DNA of 64,000 bases from Thermoplasmatota archaeon (lineage in GTDB: Archaea > Thermoplasmatota > E2 > JACPAO01 > JAHFTW01), in the NCBI GenBank assembly GCA_041601615.1, contig JBFIHX010000008.1, forward strand, positions 1 through 64,000, in the 5' to 3' direction. This document shows, one piece after another, positions 1-10,088 of this stretch (position 1 is the first letter of the stretch; each line of letters starts with the position of its first letter). The position numbers were made by a program, and so were the translations under genes. Under the pieces are notes generated by a model, which did no database searches, was not told where the DNA came from, and saw nothing but the letters and a program-made list of their open reading frames with translations.

Positions 1-65
1 CCCTTCGCAACCCCGGATGCGTGGCGCTCGCTGGCGCTCAGCCACGCTGTTCGACCACCGCAGGT

Positions 66-614
66 TTAGAACAGCAAACCGAGCGAAGAAAGCTCGGCGG
101 TGATCTTGTCTACGGCGTCTTCCGCGTCCGTCTTCTTGCGAGCGCCGGTGCACACGAGTTTGCCGGAGCCGAAGATGAGCACGACGACCTTGGGGTCGGT
201 GAGGCGGTACACGAGACCCGGGAATTGCTCCGGCTCGTATTCCACGTTCTCCAATCCAAGACCGATGGCGATGGCGTTGAGGTTGAGCTCAGCACCGAGA
301 TCGCTCGTGGCCACAATGTTTTGGATCGTGATCTCAGGATCGTCGATGGTCTCGAATCCGTTGGCACGGAGTTCCGCACAAACGATGCCCACAGCCGTGT
401 GGACCTCGGCGATGCTCTTGGCACCGGTGCAGACCACTTTGCCGCTGCGGAAAATGAGGGCGGCGGTCTTGGGGGCAGCGACTCGGAACACGAGACCCGG
501 AAATTGTTCCGGCTCGTATTCTGCGTTGCTGAAGGTTGCGCTGATGGCGTTGAGGTCCAGTTCCTCTCCGATGGAGGTGCTGGCCACGACGTTCTGGATG
601 TGAATGACAGCCAT
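66..614 (-). CDS. tbp: TATA-box-binding protein
   Basis: Two direct repeats IQN(V/I)VA(S/T)...[10 protein letters not shown](F/Y)R...LIF(R/G)SGK(V/L)VCTGA, diagnostic of archaeal TBP. Confidence 0.98.
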   Translation of the reverse strand: MAVIHIQNVVASTSIGEELDLNAISATFSNAEYEPEQFPGLVFRVAAPKTAALIFRSGKVVCTGAKSIAEVHTAVGIVCAELRANGFETIDDPEITIQNIVATSDLGAELNLNAIAIGLGLENVEYEPEQFPGLVYRLTDPKVVVLIFGSGKLVCTGARKKTDAEDAVDKITAELSSLGLLF

Positions 615-659
615 GGTCGGAGCCTCCCCGTAGGGATATTTCCAACCAAGAGGGTCCGG

Positions 660-667
660 TATATAAA
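660..667 (-). promoter_or_regulatory. Putative TATA box of tbp
   Basis: TTTATATA on the minus strand about 46 nt upstream of the tbp ATG, with GGGAGG just before the start. Confidence 0.5.
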
Positions 668-779
668 CGACCCCGCTGGCTCATAAGCAGCATATAAGCA
701 CCTTATCTCCAAGGGGAAGGGCTTATGGACCCTTGACCGCGACGCGAAGTGCCTATACGCGCACGCCGGTCGGCGGTTC

Positions 780-1715
780 GTGGCGGTTCCAGTTGGTCGC
801 ATCGTCTTCTGGTCGGTGCTTGCAAGCACCCCGCTTGCGTTGGCGTTGTTTGCTCCGAGACGCTGGGGCGGCGGCTTCCTTTGGAATGCCCGACGTTTGC
901 TGGTGGACTACCGCTGGCACCTTGCCTTGTTCTTGGCCATCATCATCGAGAAAAATTGGATCGACAGCCTCAACGACCCGATTCGCGGCGTCTTTGGCGA
1001 CAAGACCTGGCTCATTCACGCCATCGAGGGCGACTTCACGTTCTGGCTCCAGACGACCTTCCGCAACGACGCGCTGACGGCCTTCCTCTCCGTCCATTAC
1101 CTGTGGACCTACGTTTTTGTCAACTACTTCACAGTCATTCTGTTTGCGTACCGCGACGACAAGGAATTGGCCAACCTTGCGGCGCTCAACTACAGCCTCA
1201 TCTACGTCCTAGCCATTCCGTTCTACATTTTCTTCAACGTACAAATCACCAGCGACTACATCCCAGGAATGGACTCGTTGCTATACTACTCCGGCAGCAG
1301 CTTCTTCGACTTCTTCGTGCGCGTTGACCCGCTCGACAATGCGTTCCCCAGTCTGCATACCGCCATTCCCTTCGGATTGATTCTGACCATTTGGTGGACC
1401 ATGCGCCGCCGCGGCTACACGCTGAGAAACTGGGAACACCGCAACTACCTGATTTTCCTACTGGCAAACTTCGCCGTGTACATGTTTAGCATTCTGTACC
1501 TCGGCATCCACTGGGTCACAGACATTCCTGGCGGCATGCTGGTGGGCCTCATTGGCGCCATCATCGCAGACGAATTCCGCTATGATTTCTTCCGCGCCTG
1601 CCGCCGCATCGAATGGGTCGTAGTCCAGTCCATGCGCCCGGCCTTGAGCATCGTCGCCCCCGCCGGCCGCCGCCTGCAGGGCTTTGCAAAGCGATGGACG
1701 AGGCGAACCCAATGA
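780..1715 (+). CDS. PAP2-superfamily membrane phosphoesterase (AUR1/PAP2_3-like)
   Basis: Multiple TM segments; NAFPSLH and LGIHWVTD catalytic motifs. Confidence 0.85.
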   Translation: MAVPVGRIVFWSVLASTPLALALFAPRRWGGGFLWNARRLLVDYRWHLALFLAIIIEKNWIDSLNDPIRGVFGDKTWLIHAIEGDFTFWLQTTFRNDALTAFLSVHYLWTYVFVNYFTVILFAYRDDKELANLAALNYSLIYVLAIPFYIFFNVQITSDYIPGMDSLLYYSGSSFFDFFVRVDPLDNAFPSLHTAIPFGLILTIWWTMRRRGYTLRNWEHRNYLIFLLANFAVYMFSILYLGIHWVTDIPGGMLVGLIGAIIADEFRYDFFRACRRIEWVVVQSMRPALSIVAPAGRRLQGFAKRWTRRTQ

Positions 1716-2341
1716 GCCTCGTGGAAGATCCACTGCGCGACAAGCTCATCGCATACCTGCGCCAAGCAGGCAGCGACAGCATCAGCGGCGTGGCGCGAGC
1801 ACTCAGCGAAGGTCGAGACAAGCCCATTCATCGCCTCACGGTCGCAGGATACCTAGCCGCACTCTCGGAAGAGGGTGTGCTTCGGGAGATTTCTCGGCCC
1901 CCGAGCAAGCACTACCAATTGAGCAACCCAAATCAGCACAAGGATCTGTACGAACGCATCGGACAAGCGGTGCGCGAAGTCCCGATGGCCGTCGAGCTAC
2001 GAGGCGCCACCGCCCTTGCGGCCCTGTGCCGATCCCTAGGGCGCCCAGTCTTCCGCGTGGAATTGCAACGAGCCCGCCTCCCGGTCCCCGACGACCTGCC
2101 GCGGGCCGTGCTGGCCGACGACGAACGAAAACGCGTCCGGCTGGCCCTCTCCAAGCGAAAGCATCACACAGTGGACGTGCCCAAAGGAGACCCCATGTTC
2201 ATGGCGCCACGAGAACTGCCCGTCGGACCCGTCGACGAGGTCCTCAAACGAGCCCTGCTTCTGGCCTGCGACGCGGACCACCTCGCCGACGACACACCCC
2301 GAGGCCGCCAAGTTGCCTTGCCCATGGGAGAACGCGAATGA
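1712..2341 (+). CDS. Hypothetical protein with N-terminal winged-HTH-like domain
   Basis: ATGA overlaps with both neighbours; SISGVARAL...HRLTVAGYLAALSEEGVL looks like a wHTH. Confidence 0.7.
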   Translation: MSLVEDPLRDKLIAYLRQAGSDSISGVARALSEGRDKPIHRLTVAGYLAALSEEGVLREISRPPSKHYQLSNPNQHKDLYERIGQAVREVPMAVELRGATALAALCRSLGRPVFRVELQRARLPVPDDLPRAVLADDERKRVRLALSKRKHHTVDVPKGDPMFMAPRELPVGPVDEVLKRALLLACDADHLADDTPRGRQVALPMGERE

Positions 2342-3702
2342 CCCTCGAAGCGCACATCCAGCAGCGCATCACGCCCAAGGACGACGAACGGCACGCCGTG
2401 GCCACCCTCGTGTCGGCCCTAGAAGCCGAAGCAGACGCCGTGCTCGGAACGCTGGGCATCCCCGGCCGCGCCGCAGTGCAAGGAAGCATCGCCAAAGACA
2501 CCTACCTAGCTGGCGACCGGGACGTGGACTGCTTCCTGCTCCTGGACCCCAGTGTCCCCACCGAACGGTTAGAATCCATCACCGAGGCCGTCGCGGAAGC
2601 CGTCTTGGAGGGAACCCAGAAAAAGTACGCCCAGCACCCCTACCTCGTAGGCACTCGCGACGGCGTGCAAGTGGACCTCGTGCCCGCCTACTCCGTCGCC
2701 GCCGCCTCCGACAAAATGAGCGCCGTCGACCGCACGCCCTTCCACACCGCCTGGGTCGCGGCACACCTAGACGACGCCGCCCGAGGCGAAGTACGCCTTG
2801 CCAAACAATGGCTCAAAGGAGTGGCCTGCTACGGCGCCGACACCGCCACCGCCGGCTTCAGCGGCTACCTCGTAGAAGTCCTCATCGGCCGCTTCCACAC
2901 CTTCGCATCCTTCATCGAGTGGCTTGCCCGCAGCGCCACGCCCCGTCGCATCAGCCTCGGCGACGACCACGTCCAGGACGATGTCAGTCTGCTGGTCGTT
3001 GTGGATCCCGTAGACGCCGCCCGCAACTGCGCCGCCGCCGTCGGAGACGACACCCTACAACGCGCCACCGAAGCCGCACGCGCCTACCAAGCCAACCCCT
3101 CCGAAGCATACTTCTGGCCCACCCCACCCCGCGCCGAGCCAGCCGACACCCTGCACCAAGGACTCAACCACGCCCGCGCCACCTGGGTTGGCCTGGAACT
3201 CACCCCCGCCACCGGCCGCCTCGACATCGTCCTGCCCCAATACCAGAAGGCCGCCCGCGTGCTTGGAGACGCCCTGGACCGAGCCGGATTCCCGTTGCGC
3301 CGCGTCGACGTGCAGGTAGGATTCGACGAAGGGGGAACGGAGCGTGTCGGCATCCAATGGGTGCTCGACGACGTGACCCTGCCCGAACGGCGCATCCACG
3401 AAGGCCCAGCCACAAGCATCCAACCCAATGCCGACCGATTCAGAGCCAAATGGGAAGGCCACAAGGACGCAGATGGGCCCGTGGAAGACACCGACGGCCG
3501 CCTCCAAGTCCCCGTCCTCGTGCGCCAACGCCGCCCCTTTGATCGCCTCGCCCACGATCTACCCTCCATGCCCCTGGGCAAACACGTCAAAAGTGCCCTC
3601 AAGGCCCACCGCCTCCTCGACGACCCCGCACAAGCGAGTACGTTCTGGTCCCCCGCCGTCGCAGACTTCGTACTAGATCGCCGTCCCTGGCAACGAACAT
3701 GA
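2338..3702 (+). CDS. cca: Archaeal (class I) CCA-adding tRNA nucleotidyltransferase
   Basis: GSIAKDTYL-GDRDVD, YAQHPY, VDLVPAY, SAVDRTPFHT, GFSGYLVE, VDPVDxxRNCAAA; start at ATG 2338 (ATGA overlap). Confidence 0.95.
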   Translation: MTLEAHIQQRITPKDDERHAVATLVSALEAEADAVLGTLGIPGRAAVQGSIAKDTYLAGDRDVDCFLLLDPSVPTERLESITEAVAEAVLEGTQKKYAQHPYLVGTRDGVQVDLVPAYSVAAASDKMSAVDRTPFHTAWVAAHLDDAARGEVRLAKQWLKGVACYGADTATAGFSGYLVEVLIGRFHTFASFIEWLARSATPRRISLGDDHVQDDVSLLVVVDPVDAARNCAAAVGDDTLQRATEAARAYQANPSEAYFWPTPPRAEPADTLHQGLNHARATWVGLELTPATGRLDIVLPQYQKAARVLGDALDRAGFPLRRVDVQVGFDEGGTERVGIQWVLDDVTLPERRIHEGPATSIQPNADRFRAKWEGHKDADGPVEDTDGRLQVPVLVRQRRPFDRLAHDLPSMPLGKHVKSALKAHRLLDDPAQASTFWSPAVADFVLDRRPWQRT

Positions 3703-4541
3703 TGCACATTCTGGACGCAGCCTGGGACGGCACCCACTCGCGCCTCATCGCCACCCAGGAACACAAAACCGGAACCGAGATCATCAAACTCGAACCGACA
3801 GGCGCCTTCCGCTGGACCGTCTCCGAAGAACGCACCTGTGTTGGCCGCTGGGACGAAAACGGACACATCCCCTGCCCCGAGCGGCGAACCGTGGGCGGCG
3901 ACTCCGTCTGCGGCCGCTGTGCCCCAGAATGGGCCGCCTGCGTCTTTGAGCCCCGCGCCCACGCCGACGGCGACGAATGCGAACTATGCCGACGCGAACA
4001 CGTCGTCTACCTCGCCCTGTACGGCGGACTGCCCAAAGTGGGGCTCACCCAACGCCGACGCCTAGCCACGCGCCTTCGCGAACAGGGCGCCGACGCAGGA
4101 TTCGTGCTCGCCGCCACCGACAAATCGGGCGCCAACCTCGACCGAAGAGGGGCCCGCGACACAGAACAAAGCATCTCGTTTCTACACGGCATCCCCCAAT
4201 GGCGACGCCACCGCGAAACCCTCCCGCAACTGACCCGCCCCGTCGACTGGGACCTCATCACGACCCGCGCCCACAGCCTCATGGAAGACCTCGCCGAACG
4301 ATGGCCCGTAGAACCCACATTGCTTCGCATCGAGGACGTGCCGCTCCCTGTGCCACTTCCCAGCATTCCCGAGCGCCGCCCCACCGTAGGCACCCACTCC
4401 GGCACCTGGCTCGGCGCCAAGGGCACCCACTGGTTCTACACGCCCGACGCCGCACCCGGCCGCCTCGATGTAGGATTCTCACCCGTGCTGGCACTCAAAC
4501 GAAGCGACCTTGTCGGACGCTGGCTCGAAGACCAAGACTAG
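3699..4541 (+). CDS. DUF2797-like Cys-rich protein
   Basis: RTCVG..CP..C..C Zn ligands; HVVYLA....KVGLT....RLREQGA pattern. Confidence 0.8.
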   Translation: MMHILDAAWDGTHSRLIATQEHKTGTEIIKLEPTGAFRWTVSEERTCVGRWDENGHIPCPERRTVGGDSVCGRCAPEWAACVFEPRAHADGDECELCRREHVVYLALYGGLPKVGLTQRRRLATRLREQGADAGFVLAATDKSGANLDRRGARDTEQSISFLHGIPQWRRHRETLPQLTRPVDWDLITTRAHSLMEDLAERWPVEPTLLRIEDVPLPVPLPSIPERRPTVGTHSGTWLGAKGTHWFYTPDAAPGRLDVGFSPVLALKRSDLVGRWLEDQD

Positions 4542-4565
4542 CAGAGCCCTCGCACGCCAATCAGC

Positions 4566-5309
4566 CTAGGCGCGAATCCGCCGGCGCACCAAGACCAAAG
4601 CGCCCAGCACCGCCAAAATCAACGGTAGCGCCGGACCCGCAGCCTCATTGTCCACGGTGTCCGTGGGTACATCCGCCGAATCCTCCGACATGAGGAACCG
4701 GAATTCCTCCACGCCAAACGACTCCCGGTAGGTACTGCTGCTACCCGTGCTCTTGGCCTTCAAAAACACCTGCAACATCCCTTCATTGTTCGCAATGCGC
4801 TGCGCCTCCGCAGTCGAAGGGTCGCCCGTGCGCGTGAATGTAACCGTGATTTCCTGCTGGTAGCGGAACCACAAAACTTGGCCTCCCTGGCTGTCCTCCT
4901 CCAGCTCGAAATGCTCCGGCGACACGAGGTCCGCGTCCGTGATGGACATCTCACCCGGCGTCACCTCCATCTTGAGCCACGACGGATTGTTGCGGGTGCC
5001 CGAAAACGAGATGACAATGTCCTCTCCAACCGCCTTCGGGTACGGCGGCTCTTCGCTGGCATCGTAGAACCAAGTCAACGTGCCCTGCAAGGACATGGAG
5101 GTGCCAAGAGCGGGTACAATGGCGCAATCTCGCGCCTCCCCGTCACCCGTAAACACGAGGCCCGAGCCGCCACAGAGTTGCTTGTCCGGGAAATCCAAGT
5201 CAATGATGGGAACAATGTAGCCGCAGGGCTCGTTGCAGTTCGCCGCAGCAGAAGGAAGCGCGGGAACGAGCAGCGCCAAGGCGAGGGCCGCCAGGAGCAT
5301 CGTTCGCAT
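4566..5309 (-). CDS. Secreted/cell-surface protein with C-terminal sorting-signal-like anchor
   Basis: Signal peptide MRTMLLAALALALLVPALPSAAA; C-terminal acidic linker, AAGPALPLILAVLGALVLV and RRRIRA. Confidence 0.8.
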   Translation of the reverse strand: MRTMLLAALALALLVPALPSAAANCNEPCGYIVPIIDLDFPDKQLCGGSGLVFTGDGEARDCAIVPALGTSMSLQGTLTWFYDASEEPPYPKAVGEDIVISFSGTRNNPSWLKMEVTPGEMSITDADLVSPEHFELEEDSQGGQVLWFRYQQEITVTFTRTGDPSTAEAQRIANNEGMLQVFLKAKSTGSSSTYRESFGVEEFRFLMSEDSADVPTDTVDNEAAGPALPLILAVLGALVLVRRRIRA

Positions 5310-5375
5310 CAATTTGCAGTCTTCGTAGCGCTATGAAAGGGTTGCGTAGGTGGCTTCGAGGCGCGCACGCGCGAA

Positions 5376-6068
5376 TCAGCGAACCTCGCGCACATCTTCG
5401 GCCCGCAACACCACATACCCGCCACGGTCCTTTTCGAGGCTGCCCCGCACCCGCACCCGGCGGCCCTCCAGAGCCGTCGGATCCTTGGGCAACAACACAC
5501 CAAGGACATGCCCCTGGTCCGTCAACCGAAGCATCCACGCATCGCGCCACGGAATCACTTCTTGCACTTCACCCTCCGTTTCTACAGTGACTCCCGTGCG
5601 CCCCGAAAGCTGGGCAATCTTGTAGCGCTCCACATACGGCTCCGCCTTGTCCCACAAACCCTTGAATTCATTCTCCAAGCGCGCCACAATCGTCTCGTCC
5701 GTGGTGATCAAGCCCATGGAGCCCACTCGGGCGCCGCCAAACCACAACAACGCTCGCCGGTGGGCCCGATCCAAAACAAACTCCGCCCGCACCTCCGGCG
5801 CCTGACGCACCTCGCACGCGGCTTGAATGTCCGCATCCACCAGCCCCGAAGCAATGACCAGTGCCCCCTGGGGAACCGCAACACCTTGCAACTCACGCAC
5901 CACAAGCACTGGATCCTGGAACTCCGAGACACGCCAACCCGTGGTCAACTGAAACCGTTCACGAGGCCCATCACGAGCAGGCACGGACCGACGAAACCAA
6001 GTGAGCGCCCCAAACGCCCCCGCCGCGCCCACCACGGCCCCCAGGGCCACCCAGAGTGCATCCAACAT
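5376..6068 (-). CDS. Membrane-anchored hypothetical protein with probable C-terminal OB fold
   Basis: N-terminal TM (MLDALWVALGAVVGAAGAFG); C-terminal VETEGEV...LRLTDQG...GRRVRVRGSL is OB-like; start trimmed from the ORF track. Confidence 0.65.
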   Translation of the reverse strand: MLDALWVALGAVVGAAGAFGALTWFRRSVPARDGPRERFQLTTGWRVSEFQDPVLVVRELQGVAVPQGALVIASGLVDADIQAACEVRQAPEVRAEFVLDRAHRRALLWFGGARVGSMGLITTDETIVARLENEFKGLWDKAEPYVERYKIAQLSGRTGVTVETEGEVQEVIPWRDAWMLRLTDQGHVLGVLLPKDPTALEGRRVRVRGSLEKDRGGYVVLRAEDVREVR

Positions 6069-6184
6069 CAACGCCCCGAACCCCAGCGGCACCTTCAGGG
6101 TATCCAAATGAATGGGCCCCCGGGCCAGTGTGCGTTCGGAAACCGCTAAACACAACCCAGGGGTCGTACAGGTCGTGAACCATT

Positions 6185-7027
6185 GTGACCGAGCTGACAT
6201 TCCTGGGGACCGGCGGTGGCCGGTTCACGACGATCAGCCAGCTCCGCCAGACCGGCGGCCTCTACATCCGGGACCGAGGACTACGCTGTAACATCGATCC
6301 TGGGCCCGGCGCCTTGGTGCACATGCACCGCTACGGGCTCGATCCCACCAAGACGGATACAATCCTAGTCAGCCACAGCCATCCCGACCACTGCACCGAC
6401 GCCGTCGTGCTTCTGGAAGGAATCACTCGGGGCGGCCTGGACAAAAAAGGCACCCTCGTAGCGGCCAAGAGCGTCACCAGTGGCGAGCGGCTACCCGACG
6501 GACGCAACCTCGGCCCCGTCATCAGTCCGTTCCACCAAAACATGGTCGCCAATTGCCACGAAGTCGAAGCCGGCGACCGCGTCCACCTCAACGGCATGTA
6601 CGACCTCGAAGCGACCAAGCAACTGCACTCGGACCCAGCCACCGTCGGCTTCAAGATGCGCCTCACGCACGGCCAATTCAGCTACATCATCGACACCGAA
6701 TACTACGATGGACTCGCCGACTGGCACAAAGGCAGCCGCATCGTCGTGTGCCAAATGACCCGAGGCGGCTCATCGCGTGTCCCGTGGCACATGTGCACCG
6801 ACGACGTGGAAATGCTCGCCGACCAAATCAAGCCCCGCCTCCTGTTGCTGACCCACTTTGGCTACAAGACACTCAAAGAAGGCGACCCCGGCACCTGGGC
6901 CCAACGCATCACCGACCGCACCGGCGTGCCCACGGTCGCCGCCCGCGATGGCCTGCGTGTGACAGCCGGCAGCAGCTTCGAAATGGAGCTTCTGGGCCAG
7001 AACCCGCCAGCGACCCTGTCTCCGTAA
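6185..7027 (+). CDS. MBL-fold metallo-hydrolase
   Basis: LTFLGTGGGR, IDPGPG, SHSHPDH (HxHxDH), LLLTHFG. Confidence 0.9.
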   Translation: MTELTFLGTGGGRFTTISQLRQTGGLYIRDRGLRCNIDPGPGALVHMHRYGLDPTKTDTILVSHSHPDHCTDAVVLLEGITRGGLDKKGTLVAAKSVTSGERLPDGRNLGPVISPFHQNMVANCHEVEAGDRVHLNGMYDLEATKQLHSDPATVGFKMRLTHGQFSYIIDTEYYDGLADWHKGSRIVVCQMTRGGSSRVPWHMCTDDVEMLADQIKPRLLLLTHFGYKTLKEGDPGTWAQRITDRTGVPTVAARDGLRVTAGSSFEMELLGQNPPATLSP

Positions 7028-7117
7028 ACCCACCAAAGTACGCAGCGACAAGCTTGCCACGAACCAGGATGCGCTGTTTCGGCAAGATTTAACCGAAGGT
7101 ATCCGGCTCAAACCGCC

Positions 7118-8809
7118 ATGGCGCCTTCGCCCCGGGTCGCAGTGCTCATCCTGGCAGCAGGCGCCGCCATGGCCGGCCTAGCCCTGGGTGCCGCAAGCCA
7201 AGTCGAGACATTTCTGAAACCCGAAGACCTCGAATCGGGCTTTGCCAACACGCCCTCTGCCGGAGGCAACCTCGTCCTTCTGACGGCACTACTGACCGCA
7301 CTCTCCATCACCGTGGCCGCCGTGGTGCTTAGCCGCCGCCGGCCCCTGCACCGCATCGCCCCAGCCCTCGGGTTGTTTGGATCCCTCTACCTCTTGGTGT
7401 GCCTCGTGCAATCCGCCTGGCCCAACTACCAAGCCATCGACACCGCCCGAACCGCCGTCTTCAGCATCACGCCCCTCATCAGCAACGGCGACGCCGTCGC
7501 AAGCGTCTACGTCGGACCCCTCGCCATCATCCTCCTCGGCATCACAGGCACCGCCGCTGCTGGCCGCGCCCTCCTTTCTCCAGGCCAACACAGCAACCCC
7601 ACCCACCCGGCGTCCCGCACCACTTGGACCCAACGGTTTGCCGGTGCGCACCTGCTGGCCATCCCCTTCCTGGCAGTACTCGCCGTTGGCAGCATCCGCA
7701 TCATGCTCGCTCTTCCCGCCAACGACCCCGACGCCAGCCCTTACCTATTCGTCCTCCCCGTCGTCGCTCTCGCCTGCCTCGGCCTCATGGTCACAGGCGG
7801 CATGAAAACCTGGCACCTCGTAGCATACGCCCGAGACGCACGGCTCGTAGACGTAGCCCGCGAAGCATGGTCCGGCCTGCGCCGCGCCGAAACCGTCCTC
7901 GCCTCCGTCCTCATCGGCTGCTCTCTTCTAGCATTCCTCCTGAAACCCATCGACCTCGAATTGCTCCAAGCCGGCCGCACCTTCGGCACCACCACCCGAG
8001 GCCACGTCCAAGCAGCATTCTTGCTCCTAGTACCTCTCCTTTCCACGATGCTTGCCGGCCGTAGCTTGTTCGACGCGCCCAAAACCACCGAAATCGCCCC
8101 CGCAGGCCCCGCACCCGACACGCACACCCAGCCCCTGCCACGCGGCATCGCACTCGCCACCTGGATAGCCACCGGCTACGCACTCGCCGCCGCATTCCTC
8201 GGCATCCTACTCCCCGGCGCCCTCTGGGCCTGGCTCTTCACACTCCTTCCCCTCGCCATACTAGCCCTGGCACTCCTGCCCGCCCGCGACGCCGCCCCCC
8301 TCGGATTCCTAGCCGCCATCGTACTTTGGGGCCTCGGCAACACCGTCACAGGCACCTTCCAACTCAACGAAAACGCCGGAGCCGCCCTGCACCTCGACTC
8401 CAACCCCGGACTCCTTGCCCTCTTCCGAGTCGCAGCCGTCGTGATGGCAGGCATCCTCGTCAGTCGCCTCGCACGCGACAACACCACCTCCATGCGCACC
8501 AGCCTCGCCTGGCCCCTCTCCACCGGCATCGGCGCCGCCGTCGCCCTCGTCTTCATCCTCGAACTGCCCTTCAGCGCCTGGATCGCCACCAGCCGCCAAG
8601 GAGAATTCGTCGGCATCGGCAGCGTCCTATCCAGCCAAGACCCCGCCGTCCAAACCACCATCCACATCCTCGCAGCACTCGCAGCCGGCCTCGTCGGCCT
8701 CGGCGTCGCCCGCATCCAACGCCCCGACTGGTTCGCAAGGCGACCCGGAGCCGCAACCCCCACCGACGCCGAACCCATACCGCCACCCCTTCCTGCTTCG
8801 CCAAGCTGA
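7118..8809 (+). CDS. Large polytopic membrane protein of unknown function
   Basis: More than a dozen hydrophobic segments; codon pattern like neighbouring genes. Confidence 0.75.
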   Translation: MAPSPRVAVLILAAGAAMAGLALGAASQVETFLKPEDLESGFANTPSAGGNLVLLTALLTALSITVAAVVLSRRRPLHRIAPALGLFGSLYLLVCLVQSAWPNYQAIDTARTAVFSITPLISNGDAVASVYVGPLAIILLGITGTAAAGRALLSPGQHSNPTHPASRTTWTQRFAGAHLLAIPFLAVLAVGSIRIMLALPANDPDASPYLFVLPVVALACLGLMVTGGMKTWHLVAYARDARLVDVAREAWSGLRRAETVLASVLIGCSLLAFLLKPIDLELLQAGRTFGTTTRGHVQAAFLLLVPLLSTMLAGRSLFDAPKTTEIAPAGPAPDTHTQPLPRGIALATWIATGYALAAAFLGILLPGALWAWLFTLLPLAILALALLPARDAAPLGFLAAIVLWGLGNTVTGTFQLNENAGAALHLDSNPGLLALFRVAAVVMAGILVSRLARDNTTSMRTSLAWPLSTGIGAAVALVFILELPFSAWIATSRQGEFVGIGSVLSSQDPAVQTTIHILAALAAGLVGLGVARIQRPDWFARRPGAATPTDAEPIPPPLPASPS

Positions 8810-8835
8810 AACCCAAGGCGCCACTGCCGAGCATC

Positions 8836-10014
8836 GTGTCAGTATCGGTGCGCGACCCCGTCCACGGCAGCATCCGCCTCGACGACTGGGCCCTCCCGCT
8901 CATCGACCACCCCGAATTTCAGCGGCTGCGCCACATCCACCAACTCGGCACCGCCAACCTCGTCTACCCCGGCGCCAACCACAAACGATTCGAACACAGC
9001 CTCGGAGCACACCACCTCGCCGGCCGCCTCGCCGAAGCCCTAGACCTCGACGAAACCGACGCCCTCACCGTCCGCGCCGGAGCACTCCTCCACGACGTCG
9101 GCCACGGCCCCTTCAGCCACGCCTTCGAAGAACTGATGATGGAACAAGGCCGCCGCCACGAAGAAGTCAGCCTCGAACTCGTCGAATGGGGCCCCATGGC
9201 CGACCTCCTGCGCCAAGGCGGCATCGCACCCCCCGCCGTCGCCGAGCTGATCCTCGGCAAAGGCCCGCTTGCCAAACTCGTCAGCGGCGCCATCGACGCC
9301 GACCGCATGGACTACCTCATGCGCGACGCCCACTACACCGGCGTCAAAAGCAGCGCCGACCCCGACCGCCTCATGCGCGTCCTACGCCGCCACCCCGAAC
9401 ACGGCATCGTGCTGCGCGAATCAGGCGTGCTCTCCGCCGAAGCCCTGCTCACCATGCGGTTTCTCATGTACCCCGCCGTGTACCTCCACCACACCGTCCG
9501 CGCCAGCGAAACCATGCTCCTCGCCTCCATCCGCGCCGCCGTAGAACACGAAGGCTGGAACCTCAAAGACCTCGAACGCGAAACCGACTACGGCCTCCTA
9601 CACCAGCTCCGAGGCGCCGGAGACACCGCCGCCGGCCTCATACAGCGACTCGACCGCCGCCGACTCTACAAACGCGCCTGGGAAGGACGACCCGACAGCC
9701 TCCCCGGCGACACAGGAGAACGACTCGCCAAAGACCCACGCGCCCGCCGCGAAGTCGCCCGCGAAATCGCAGAAACCGCCGGCGTCCCCGAACACCACGT
9801 TCTCTTGGACATCCCCAAGCCGCCCAAATTCCGCGAAATGGACCTCATGGTCCAACGCCGCGACGGCGAAGTCGTCCCCCTCCAGGAAGCCAGCCAACTT
9901 GTGCGCGTCTTCCAAGCCGCCCGCCACGACCACTGGCGCGCCTGGGTATTCTGCCCACGAGAAGACGTGGAACGAGTCGGAGCCGCCGCCCGAGCCACCC
10001 TCGACCAGCACTGA
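8836..10014 (+). CDS. HD-domain phosphohydrolase (SAMHD1/dNTPase-like)
   Basis: RDPVHG, FQRLRHIHQLG..VYPGANHKRFEHSLG, LLHDVGHGPFSH, DADRMDYLMRD, VYLHH; GTG start inferred. Confidence 0.92.
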   Translation: MSVSVRDPVHGSIRLDDWALPLIDHPEFQRLRHIHQLGTANLVYPGANHKRFEHSLGAHHLAGRLAEALDLDETDALTVRAGALLHDVGHGPFSHAFEELMMEQGRRHEEVSLELVEWGPMADLLRQGGIAPPAVAELILGKGPLAKLVSGAIDADRMDYLMRDAHYTGVKSSADPDRLMRVLRRHPEHGIVLRESGVLSAEALLTMRFLMYPAVYLHHTVRASETMLLASIRAAVEHEGWNLKDLERETDYGLLHQLRGAGDTAAGLIQRLDRRRLYKRAWEGRPDSLPGDTGERLAKDPRARREVAREIAETAGVPEHHVLLDIPKPPKFREMDLMVQRRDGEVVPLQEASQLVRVFQAARHDHWRAWVFCPREDVERVGAAARATLDQH

Positions 10015-10088
10015 AACACCCAACCCAACAACCTCCGAGCCGAATGGCAAGCCTTCAAGGAGGAGGCCTCCGTCCTTTGGGCTACCCC

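Noticed and set aside
21-686. 221-aa plus-strand ORF and other ORFs over tbp
   Set aside because: Antisense shadows of a clear TBP gene; typical of GC-rich DNA with few stops
1684-2337. Apparent long N-terminal extension of the CCA enzyme (similar extensions on the HD protein, S2P, Bud32, DUF4332 protein, folC and pabB)
   Set aside because: Arg/Pro-rich off-frame readings of upstream genes; family motifs begin at downstream starts, often with ATGA coupling
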